Positions 50,801-58,473 of a DNA stretch of 64,000 nucleotides are shown one piece after another. The position numbers and the translations under genes were made by a program. Every line of letters begins with the position of its first letter. Position 1 is the stretch's first letter. The notes under the pieces are model-generated. The model had not been told where the DNA came from, searched no databases, and was given only the letters and a program-made list of their open reading frames with translations. Source of the stretch: an uncultured Bacteroidaceae bacterium. GTDB lineage: Bacteria > CAIWAD01. The stretch lies in NCBI GenBank assembly GCA_964345075.1, contig CAYFPS010000011.1, positions 13,156-77,155 on the forward strand. The letters run 5' to 3'.

Positions 50801-52807
50801 ACCGATGGTGGCACTGGTCAGGTCGCCCTGCATGTCTTCCAGCTGAATCAGGATACTGCCATCGGCATTCATGATGGCCTGGAAGGTGTTGGGCGGACTG
50901 CTGGGGCCGGGGTAATCGGGCACGCCCGTGAACTGCACAATGAAGCGATCGTTGGCCGTGTCTTCCAGATAGTGCACGCTTCCGACGCCATCGCCCGGAT
51001 CCAGATCGTCCCAGAACATGGAAATCATGGCATTGGGCGAACCGGCATCGGGCAGACAGACATTGCCCAGACTGGAACTGGCGGCCTGGAAGTTCAGGTG
51101 ACCGTTGGAGCTGATGTAGATCTCGCTGTAGACACCCTCATAGAAGGGGAAGTCGATGCCCATGGGGAAGGGGCCGAGGCCCTGATCGTCACCAAGAGAA
51201 ACGAGCACGGCAGCGGGATCGCCCGAAATGTCCACCCAGCTGTACTCGGGGCCATCGGGATCCTGATTATTGACCCAGGCATAACCCATTTCGTCCGGGC
51301 CGCCGCTGGTCGGGCGCTCGGGCGTGGACTGAATCATGACCTCGTAGTTGCCCACGGTGGTCCAGTCGTCACCGATCAAGAGGTGATAGCTGCCGGGCTC
51401 CAGGGAGCGTTCCATCAGGCGCGCAGCACCCCAGGGGGCCGTGCAGCTGGAGGAGTTGCTTTCATAAAGCAGGGTGCCACCGTCGCAGGGGTCGCCATCA
51501 AAGAGGGAAAGGGTCAGGCTGAAATCGCTGCCCGGCATGCAGGCATCGAAGTCGTAAAGACCCGCTTCGTCAATGGTGACCACATAGCCGACATCCGGTG
51601 CGGCGCCCCAGTAGATGTCCACGCCATCGCCCGTGTTGCCCACAAGGGTCGTGGGAACGGAAACCGTTTCCAGCGGCTCATAGGCATCACAGGGTGAATA
51701 GACATTGATCGTGAAGGCACCTTCGCCCGAACCGGGACTGGCCACACGCATGTGGTAGGTGCCGGCTTCCAGCGCCTGATTGCCCAGCAGGCCCGGGAAG
51801 GCCGCGCCCCCTTCGGTGCAGCTGACGCCGCCCGACTGGGCCAGAATCACGCCGCCATCGCAGGGCGAAGCATCCATCAGGTAGAGAATGACATCAACTT
51901 CGGTGCCAGCGTCGCAGGCATCAAAGGAGTAGATGCCGGAAGTGCCCAGGGTCAGCGTGAAACCGCTGTCGCCCCAGCCATTGCCGTCCACATCCGCCGC
52001 GTCAACCGTGCTGCCGCTGAAGCTGCCGGGAATGGTGGCCTCGGCCAGTTCATCGGCGTACTGATCGCAGGGTTCCTGGCAGATTGCGTCACTGAAGCTG
52101 ACCGTCAGGTCGTAATCACCCTCGGCCGTGCCGTAGGAATCCACCACCACATAGTAGGTGCCGGCCGGCAGGCAGCAGGGAGGCAACAGGGAGGTCCAAC
52201 CGGTGCAATCGGCGCCATCATCGTTGACGGCAACCAGGTTGAGGTTTTCGTCCAGAATGCCCAGACAGCTGTCGTAGGTGGCCGCGTCACAGACGGTGGC
52301 CGAGACTTCGTAGCTGTCATCCAGCGTAAAGGTGTACCAGGCATCCGGCCCGTTGAAGCTGGATGTGGAATAATAGCTGGTGTTACAAGCGGTGGGCGGA
52401 GGCGTACCTACCAGCAGCACATCGCTGAAGCCGACGGTCGTTCCCGAATCGGTCCAGTCGCTGCCCGCTGTAAAGATGATTTCCACAGCTTCTTCCGGCG
52501 AATCACCACCATCGCGCTGGATGCGATCGGTCGTGCCAGCCAGCGGAAAGAGGCGGCTGATCAGCCATGCCGGGGCTTCTTCACCCTGTTGCTTGTACCA
52601 GGCGTAAAGGTCTTGGTCAGCCAGATTCCGCTCCGCGCCGGAATCCAGCAGGTGGCCGTATTCGGCCTCAAGCTCAGCCATGCTCTGTCCGCTGGTCCGG
52701 GACTTCTGCTCAAGGTCCTCGATGGACAGAGCAAAGCCTGCTGGGCAAGCAATGAACAGAGCAATCCACCCGGTCAATACGGGCACCAATCGTCCGATGT
52801 GTGACAT
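47855..52807 (-). CDS. T9SS cargo protein C (about 1650 aa), paralog of B with the same module order
   Basis: Probable start MSHIGRLVPVLTGWIALFIACPAGFALS at 52807, which has the same GGAGCCCCTATG context as gene B. The track ORF up to 52894 adds 29 aa with no signal-peptide character. N-terminal 200 aa show strong paralogy to B. C-terminus NHPNPFNPVTSISW...KAVLLK. Confidence 0.85.
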   Translation of the reverse strand: MSHIGRLVPVLTGWIALFIACPAGFALSIEDLEQKSRTSGQSMAELEAEYGHLLDSGAERNLADQDLYAWYKQQGEEAPAWLISRLFPLAGTTDRIQRDGGDSPEEAVEIIFTAGSDWTDSGTTVGFSDVLLVGTPPPTACNTSYYSTSSFNGPDAWYTFTLDDSYEVSATVCDAATYDSCLGILDENLNLVAVNDDGADCTGWTSLLPPCCLPAGTYYVVVDSYGTAEGDYDLTVSFSDAICQEPCDQYADELAEATIPGSFSGSTVDAADVDGNGWGDSGFTLTLGTSGIYSFDACDAGTEVDVILYLMDASPCDGGVILAQSGGVSCTEGGAAFPGLLGNQALEAGTYHMRVASPGSGEGAFTINVYSPCDAYEPLETVSVPTTLVGNTGDGVDIYWGAAPDVGYVVTIDEAGLYDFDACMPGSDFSLTLSLFDGDPCDGGTLLYESNSSSCTAPWGAARLMERSLEPGSYHLLIGDDWTTVGNYEVMIQSTPERPTSGGPDEMGYAWVNNQDPDGPEYSWVDISGDPAAVLVSLGDDQGLGPFPMGIDFPFYEGVYSEIYISSNGHLNFQAASSSLGNVCLPDAGSPNAMISMFWDDLDPGDGVGSVHYLEDTANDRFIVQFTGVPDYPGPSSPPNTFQAIMNADGSILIQLEDMQGDLTSATIGIENADGTIGLSYNCNTDGGSIIDGTAVLFTQLEGDFIAPLITLDAMPSTTIETELTGDYVVEATITDESGLTSANLYYTLNGGAAVEVALTNTAGDDYTGAIPHQDAGNTVVWWLEAVDASDLANVRITESYSFEVVSYTWPPFGLDATDGLLDYTQITWMAPVEPTMALAWFGGDMPAGETEALDRLVREHGLSKTEALEVWESMQAGSSREFITYHVYRDGEDIATTTELFYYDMPGDGAEQDVEYDYHVTAEFDSGESDASNTDSGFRGSRPTSGGPDAFGYIWVSSLDVAGPEYEWIDISGSGQDLAIVGDDTSGQINLPFDFPFYGSFYSSALVSSNGYLTFGGDGTDYTSDPIPTADDPNDLIAPFWDDLYTSVGGVIYYEYIEAQSCVVIQWQDVPHLAMPEYTNTFQAVLYQSGIIQISWEDMYPGDLQNATVGIENSDASIGLAYNVNGEGGAISNEVTMIMTPPSNCEPVECDGIAEAEPNGGWADNTWNVIRCDDVICGELESDGTTTDSDWFLYTHFGGNIEVSLDLSDFDGRISLVEFENGGDTIAEADVFPRCFDEAFAVTELEGGSYFIVVEHVGDPDLEGAQSYSLSLTCSGDPCAGHNPIDCEGTAEAEPNEGWNADPPNSSYGVIALDETICGTVWAENGERDMDWFLLELESAINLTISCEVDAFDAALFLTEMDPAGGVLLEVDDAPACAPESLSYEALPSGSYFIVIGHNDLYGVPEEQAYSLTVSGNLAEQDMCEGYEDVPDFHDIWTVVADTAPQYAHHSGTGCPGDVSSPGLDYTVRIVLSQTTDLQVTMTGAGNADEVILLVGNCETPAISCGAAVDDFGAGTESETLTFAGLPAGDYWLVADFAGYGEAHPFVMEIIDMNSSLAEGRELSFQLKQNHPNPFNPVTSISWTQPEMEKAELAIYNLMGEMVMQQDLGLRNAGTHNYMWDASSLSSGVYIYTLKVGAHVDTKKAVLLK

Positions 52808-52911
52808 AGGGGCTCCCAAATCCTTGAGCCAGTGTGATGTTAAAGGCAGGTTCCGAAGGGCTAGAGTAGCAAATCCCAAGCTGGAATCATGCATTTGGGA
52901 CCTTGTGCAAT

Positions 52912-52939
52912 AAAAAAGGGTCCCGCCTGCGCGGGACCC
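52912..52939 (-). terminator. Intrinsic terminator after T9SS gene D
   Basis: gggtcccgc-gcag-gcgggaccc hairpin followed by TTTTTT on the minus strand, directly after the gene D stop. Confidence 0.8.
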
Positions 52940-52961
52940 TGTTGCTTCTGATAAAGCTGGA

Positions 52962-55900
52962 TTACTTCAGAAGGACGGCCTTCTTGGTATCCGTGAAGTC
53001 GCCAACGGTCAGCGTGTAGATGTACACACCGCTGGAAAGGCTGCTGGCATCCCAGACAAAGCTGTGGCTACCGGCGGCGCGGCTACCGAGCTCGACGCTC
53101 TGAACCTTTTCACCCATGATGTTGAAGACCGTCAGGTTGGCCTGGGCCAGCTCGGGCTGGTTCCAGCTGATGGTCGTCGTCGGGTTGAAGGGGTTCGGGT
53201 AGTTCTGCTCGAGGCTGAAGCTGGCCACGATGGTCGGGTCAACATCGATGTCATAACCGAAGCAGAAGTTCAGGTCATAGGCATCGCTGCCCCAACCGGC
53301 ACCGCTGTCCAGCAGGCTGGTCATGTCGGCACCCGTCGAGCTGCTGCCCCAGAGGAACCAGCAGCTGGCGTCGCCGGCACCCTGAACACCGATCCAGCCT
53401 TCGGCCATTTCCAGCGGAGCGGGCAGGTCGAAGGTGAAGGTCATGCTCTCGTAAACACCGGCGTAGAGGTTGCCCGTCGGGACACCACTCAGGCTGACGT
53501 CGAAGGACTCAACCTCGTTGCCCGGCAGGTTGCCGGCTTCGTAGAAGGTGATGTAGAAGGGCGTGGGATCTTCGGTACAGGCATTCCAGGCGGCACCGTC
53601 GTTGAAGAGGGCCAGACCGTCAAAGCTGACGCTCGTGATGGCCTGCGGCACGTTGCCAAAGGCTTCTGCGCGGTTGTAGAAAGTACCGGCGCCGTCGGTG
53701 TCAAATTCGGAAACGCCGAAGCTCCAGCTGTCATCCACACCGGCAACCGTCTGGCAGTCAACATACTCGATCGTGCCACCGCAGGTGGTCTCAAGCGTGA
53801 AGGTGTAGTCACCACCGGTCCAGGCGTAGCAGTCAACCACCACATAGTAGGTGCCGGCGTCGTAGCTGCCCGTGATCGATTCGTCGGAACCGACGGCCCA
53901 GGGCATGTCAAGGCAATCCAGCGGATCGCAGCTGCCGAGCAGAACCAGATCAAGGTCTTCTGCATCCGGGGAGCTCATCGTGATGGTCATCAGACCGCCA
54001 GCGTGCTCGAGCTCGTACCAGACTTCCGGTCCGTCTTCACCGCCGAAGCAGTAGTCTTCGTACATGTTGCCAACCTGGCTGTCGGCGTTGGAACCCATCA
54101 TGAGGCCATTGCACTCGAGGGTGATGGTGGCATCGCAGGGATCGGTGAATTCACAGGGAACACAGTCCACGAAGAGGCTGTAGGCCTGCTCGTCAACAAC
54201 ACCTTCAAAGCCGTTGTGACCCATCCACACGTAGTAGATACCGGCGGGCAGGCACTGGCTCATGGCCTCGCCATCATAGCTCTCGGGCTCGCAGAAGCCG
54301 GCGTTGTTGACGGTGGCGATGATGTTGTAAGCGTCGTCCATGATGAAGACCAGACCGTCGAACATTTCGACATCGGCGCTGATCGTCATGTAGGTGTCAC
54401 CCAGCGTGAAGACCTCGAACCAGTCGGCATCACGGAAGCCACCATCGGCCCAGACGGTACCGCAGGTGGTCGTGCCGCATTCGATCGTGCCGAAGGTGTC
54501 GTCGCCACCAAAGTCCACCGGACCATTGTTGGGCTCGCCTTCGTCCAGGCCGTCGCACTCGATGGGCTCGCAGCTGCCACAGGAGATGTTCAGGCTGAAG
54601 TTACCTTCGCTAGAACTGTAACCATCGACAACCAGCCAGTAGGTACCGGCATCCAGGGCCATCACAATCTGGCTCTGCAGGCCGCAGCTGTCGTCGTTGG
54701 AGGCGATCATGGTGCCGCCACTGACCGGGCAACCATCCCACAGGGTCAGGTAGCTGTCGTAGTCCGTGCCGCCGTCGCAAAGGTCGAAGGTCACAGGGGC
54801 GGTGGCATCGACGTCAATCTGGAAGAAGAAGTCGCCGGAAGCATTGTTCACGTAATTGAACATGCCGACGGTGCTACCCGCGTAGCTGTCACCGCAGCCA
54901 AGCACAACGGGATCCACGCAGGGATCGTCGATGTTGCAGGCTTCGGCCACGACAGTCAGGCCATAGTTGGCAGGAATGTCAACACCCGTGAAGCCATTGG
55001 GGCCAACCCACACATAGTAGGTGCCGGCAAAGAGGCAGGCGGAGACAATCTGCTCGTCACCACAGATACCGGCGTTGTCAGCCGTGTAGAGGATGGTGGC
55101 GGCGTCGCTGTCGATGATGAACATCAGAGCGTTGAATTCTTCCACGGCGAGGTCGGCGGTAATGATCGAGTTCTCGGTCACGACCAGCTCGAACCAGTCC
55201 GTGTCGCGGGAATCGAAGCCCGTCTCGTCATCGAAGTAGGTGTAAACCGTACCGCAGACGGTTTCGCCACTGGTGATGGAACCGAAGGTGCCGTCGCCAT
55301 TGGGGCCGTCATTGGGCTCGACTTCAGCCGTGCCGTCGCAGTTGATGGGATCGCAGCTGTTGCAGGTCACGTTCAGGCTGAAGTTACCTTCGCTGGCACT
55401 GTAACCGTCCACAACCAGCCAGTAGGTGCCGGCGGTCAGGGTGGCGTCAATCTGGCTCTGCAGGCCGCAGCTGTCGTCGTTGTTGGCGATCATCGTGCCG
55501 CCGTCGGTTGGGCAGGCATCCCACAGGGTCAGGTAGCTGTCATAGTCCGTGCCGCCGTCGCAAAGGTCGAAGGTCACGGGGCCGTCGGAGGCCAGATCAA
55601 TCTGGAAGAAGAAGTCGCCAGCAGCGTTGTTGACATAGTTGAACATGCCAACCGTGCTGCCCACATAGTTGTCACCACAGCTGAGGACAACCGGATCGAT
55701 GCAGGGATCGTCACCGGCCTGGCCTTCTTCTGCGGTAAAGGCTACGTTGCCACCTTCGCCGTAGTAGTCCGTGATGGCGATGATGTAGTCAACGCCCGTC
55801 TCGAAGACGAAATCGCCCTGCGTCAGGTAGGTGGCCCAGGCTGCGACGGCGCAGCCACTGTCGCCGTCACGATAGAAGAGCTCAACCATCGTGTCACAGG

Positions 55901-56354
55901 CGTCGAAGATGTACAGGTCGGTGTCACAGTCGGTGCCATCAACACAGGTGTCGATGTTCAGGCCAACGCCCGTACCCGTCCAGGCAAAGTACTGGAAACC
56001 GCCAGCGGGAATCGCCCAGGTGGTTCCCGCTGAAGCGAGAATGTCTTCGGCAGAAGCACAGTCTTCGTTACGGTTCTCGAGGCTGGGCGTGACGCGGTTG
56101 GCCGTGCGGAGGTGGGCTTCCACCTTGGCCAGCTGTTCGGCACTCAGTTCGCCCGTGCTACCGAGATTGCCCCTCAGGGCTTCGTTCTCAACCACATCCT
56201 TGACAACGAGCTCGGCCGAGTTGCCGAAAGGAACGTTCTCGAGGTTCTGGTTGCTGTTTGCCTTGCTGCTCGTGGAAGCCGCGGAAATGCCCAGCGAAGC
56301 ATAGGCGCTACCCGCGACGGCCAGGACGAGACCAGCCGTAAGCAATTTCTTCAT
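52962..56354 (-). CDS. T9SS cargo protein D (1130 aa) built of repeated PPC-like Cys-containing modules with Por_Secre_tail CTD
   Basis: Signal peptide MKKLLTAGLVLAVAGSAYA. Repeats of ..EPN.GP...G....CGTV......D.DWFE..... and DLCDGGTDYDSYLTLWD.CP..GGTMIA.NDDSCGLQSQI (two near-identical copies). C-terminus NYPNPFNPTTTISW...KAVLLK. Confidence 0.85.
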   Translation of the reverse strand: MKKLLTAGLVLAVAGSAYASLGISAASTSSKANSNQNLENVPFGNSAELVVKDVVENEALRGNLGSTGELSAEQLAKVEAHLRTANRVTPSLENRNEDCASAEDILASAGTTWAIPAGGFQYFAWTGTGVGLNIDTCVDGTDCDTDLYIFDACDTMVELFYRDGDSGCAVAAWATYLTQGDFVFETGVDYIIAITDYYGEGGNVAFTAEEGQAGDDPCIDPVVLSCGDNYVGSTVGMFNYVNNAAGDFFFQIDLASDGPVTFDLCDGGTDYDSYLTLWDACPTDGGTMIANNDDSCGLQSQIDATLTAGTYWLVVDGYSASEGNFSLNVTCNSCDPINCDGTAEVEPNDGPNGDGTFGSITSGETVCGTVYTYFDDETGFDSRDTDWFELVVTENSIITADLAVEEFNALMFIIDSDAATILYTADNAGICGDEQIVSACLFAGTYYVWVGPNGFTGVDIPANYGLTVVAEACNIDDPCVDPVVLGCGDSYAGSTVGMFNYVNNASGDFFFQIDVDATAPVTFDLCDGGTDYDSYLTLWDGCPVSGGTMIASNDDSCGLQSQIVMALDAGTYWLVVDGYSSSEGNFSLNISCGSCEPIECDGLDEGEPNNGPVDFGGDDTFGTIECGTTTCGTVWADGGFRDADWFEVFTLGDTYMTISADVEMFDGLVFIMDDAYNIIATVNNAGFCEPESYDGEAMSQCLPAGIYYVWMGHNGFEGVVDEQAYSLFVDCVPCEFTDPCDATITLECNGLMMGSNADSQVGNMYEDYCFGGEDGPEVWYELEHAGGLMTITMSSPDAEDLDLVLLGSCDPLDCLDMPWAVGSDESITGSYDAGTYYVVVDCYAWTGGDYTFTLETTCGGTIEYVDCQTVAGVDDSWSFGVSEFDTDGAGTFYNRAEAFGNVPQAITSVSFDGLALFNDGAAWNACTEDPTPFYITFYEAGNLPGNEVESFDVSLSGVPTGNLYAGVYESMTFTFDLPAPLEMAEGWIGVQGAGDASCWFLWGSSSTGADMTSLLDSGAGWGSDAYDLNFCFGYDIDVDPTIVASFSLEQNYPNPFNPTTTISWNQPELAQANLTVFNIMGEKVQSVELGSRAAGSHSFVWDASSLSSGVYIYTLTVGDFTDTKKAVLLK

Positions 56355-56540
56355 ACAATTCTCCCTTGCTGTGGTCGGAGCGATCGCCCGTACCGCGACC
56401 CTGCGGTAGCCGGACAGGCAGCTGCGCCCAGAGAGCGACAGCCAAGCCCTTCGGCATGGGTTCCAAGCACCGACTGTTCCTGAAATGATGAGTGATGGTT
56501 TGCCAATTCGTGTCTATACCTGTTGAAAGGACACCTGCTC

Positions 56541-56580
56541 ATTATAGAAAGACAGGGGGAGACTTCACAACGACAAAGCT
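56541..56580 (-). promoter_or_regulatory. sigma70-like promoter of T9SS gene D with a ~180-nt 5' UTR
   Basis: Minus strand TTGTGA-N18-TATAAT. ATG at 56354 preceded by AAGGGAGA. Confidence 0.5.
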
Positions 56581-56629
56581 GCAGCAAGAAAAAAAAGTAG
56601 CGTACAGTTCTACCTGCTGGCGTGCAGTT

Positions 56630-57757
56630 TCATGCACGGATGCTCGCTTCATAGAGCTGGACGTACACAGGAAGGATTTTGTCGATGGCAAAGCGGTCGC
56701 AGGCGCTGTCCCGGGCAGCCCGCGCAATCATGTCGTAATGCCGGGCATCGGAGAGCAGTTCAAGAGCCGCCTGCGCCATCGCCCCAGTATCACCCTTGTC
56801 GCACAAGTAGCTGTTCTGGCCCGAGTCAATCAGCTCCGGCAAACCGCCCACACGGCAGGCAACAACCGGTACACCACAGCTCATCGCCTCCAGCGCGGCC
56901 AGCCCGAAACTTTCCGATTCACTTGGCAGCAGAAAGACGTCGGCAACGTTCATCAGATCGACGATGTTCTCGTTGTTGCCAATGAAGTGGACGCGTGATT
57001 CAAGCTCCAGCTCTCGCACCAGTTCTTTCATGCCGTTGCGCTCAGGCCCCAGACCAGCCAGAATCAGCCGGGCGGGCAGCTTCGCCTGCACATTGGCGAA
57101 GGTTTGTATCACATCCTGAACCCGCTTGACCGGCCGGAAATTGGAAACGTGCAGCAGCAGCTTTTCATCCGGATTGGCGTAACAGCAACGCAAGTCGGCC
57201 AGGCAAAGGGGCCTGAACTCATCGGTATCCACGAAGTTGTGAATCCGTGTGACATTCAGATCCTGGCCAAAGACGCGCAGGGTTTCATCCTTGAGCCAGT
57301 CACTGACGCTTGTGATCGCATCGCTCTGCTTGAGCGTGAATTGTGTCACGGGCAGGTAGCCGGGATCCTGCCCGACCAGAGTGATGTCCGTTCCGTGCAG
57401 GGTAGTGACCAGGGGCAGCCGGTCATCTTCCAGCATGCGACTGGCCATCCAGGCGCTGATTGTGTGCGGAATCGCATAGTGGGCATGGATCAGATCCAGC
57501 CGCTCGCGCTTGTGGATTTCCAGAATCTTGCTGGTCAGTGCCAGCGAATAGGGGGGATATTCAAACAGGGGATAACTGGAAACTTCCACCTGATGAAAGT
57601 GCACGCCCGGATACATGCGATCCAGCCGAAAGGGTTTGCGGTAGCTGATGAAGTGCACCTGATGGCCGATCTTGGCCAGCTCCAGCCCGAGTTCCGTTGC
57701 GACAATGCCGCTTCCACCCTGCGTTGGGTAACAGATGATGCCGATATGCATGCTCAT
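56630..57757 (-). CDS. bshA: Bacillithiol biosynthesis glycosyltransferase BshA (GT4)
   Basis: MHIGIICYPTQGGSGIVATELGLELAKIGHQVHFISY, matching the BshA N-terminus. GT-B fold, with the C-terminal E-x7-E region. Confidence 0.8.
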   Translation of the reverse strand: MSMHIGIICYPTQGGSGIVATELGLELAKIGHQVHFISYRKPFRLDRMYPGVHFHQVEVSSYPLFEYPPYSLALTSKILEIHKRERLDLIHAHYAIPHTISAWMASRMLEDDRLPLVTTLHGTDITLVGQDPGYLPVTQFTLKQSDAITSVSDWLKDETLRVFGQDLNVTRIHNFVDTDEFRPLCLADLRCCYANPDEKLLLHVSNFRPVKRVQDVIQTFANVQAKLPARLILAGLGPERNGMKELVRELELESRVHFIGNNENIVDLMNVADVFLLPSESESFGLAALEAMSCGVPVVACRVGGLPELIDSGQNSYLCDKGDTGAMAQAALELLSDARHYDMIARAARDSACDRFAIDKILPVYVQLYEASIRA

Positions 57758-58473
57758 TGTCCCTCGCCTGCAAAGTGCTGCAGCGGATCTGCAATTTCCA
57801 GCATACCCTCGTGCCAGAAAGCCTCGCCATAGCGCTTGCCGATCAGCTGTCCGTAATACATGGCTCTGGCCTCAATGAAATGCCAGAAATCCGGGGAAGA
57901 AATAGGAGTGAGAGGTTCTGTGCTTTCCGGATTGTAGAACTGACTTTTGTAACACATGGCAGCTTTTCTGCGCACTTCCCACTGGGCCGTGATGTCCACA
58001 ACAAAACTGGGTGTGAACTCGCGTCTGCCGGGGTAGAAAAGGATGCTGCGCGGGCGGAAGTGCTCCTGGGCCGTGTCCACTTTTGCCATGCCCGACAGGT
58101 AGCAGGCCTTGCGCACAAGTTGAGCGGCAGCTTCGTGATCCGGATGGTCATCTCGCTCCCAGGGGGCAAGCACAATTCCGGGCCTGTACCGGCGGATCAT
58201 GCGCACCAGCTCTATTGCCTGATCACGCCCGGCCTCCAGCCTGCCATCACCAAGATCCAGACAATGGCGGAAGTCCAGACCCAGCAGAGCAGAGGCGGCG
58301 CGGCTTTCCTCGGCACGAATCTCCCTGCTGCCGCGGGTTCCCATCTCGCCTGCCGTCAAGTCCACGATGCCGATGCTGTGTCCGGCGGCTTTCATCTTGA
58401 GCAGGGTTCCCGCCGCACAGATCTCCACATCATCGGGATGGGGCCCGAAAGCCAGAACGGTTTGTGTGCTCAT
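57754..58473 (-). CDS. bshB: N-acetyl-alpha-D-glucosaminyl L-malate deacetylase BshB (LmbE/PIG-L family)
   Basis: VLAFGPHPDDVEICAAGTLLK...GIVDLTAGEMG (LmbE zinc-binding HPDDE motif). Confidence 0.8.
   Translation of the reverse strand: MSTQTVLAFGPHPDDVEICAAGTLLKMKAAGHSIGIVDLTAGEMGTRGSREIRAEESRAASALLGLDFRHCLDLGDGRLEAGRDQAIELVRMIRRYRPGIVLAPWERDDHPDHEAAAQLVRKACYLSGMAKVDTAQEHFRPRSILFYPGRREFTPSFVVDITAQWEVRRKAAMCYKSQFYNPESTEPLTPISSPDFWHFIEARAMYYGQLIGKRYGEAFWHEGMLEIADPLQHFAGEGQ

Noticed and set aside
48611-51697. 1028-aa + strand ORF
   Set aside because: It lies antisense inside giant T9SS gene C. Gly/Ala/Val/Asp/Arg-rich composition is typical of antisense frames in high-GC DNA. It has no start context and no recognisable domains. 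The minus-strand gene has a signal peptide, modular domains and a T9SS CTD.
52808-52894. 29-aa N-terminal extension of giant gene C
   Set aside because: The signal peptide begins at the internal Met, which has the same GGAGCCCCTATG context as paralog B. The extension lies in the promoter region.
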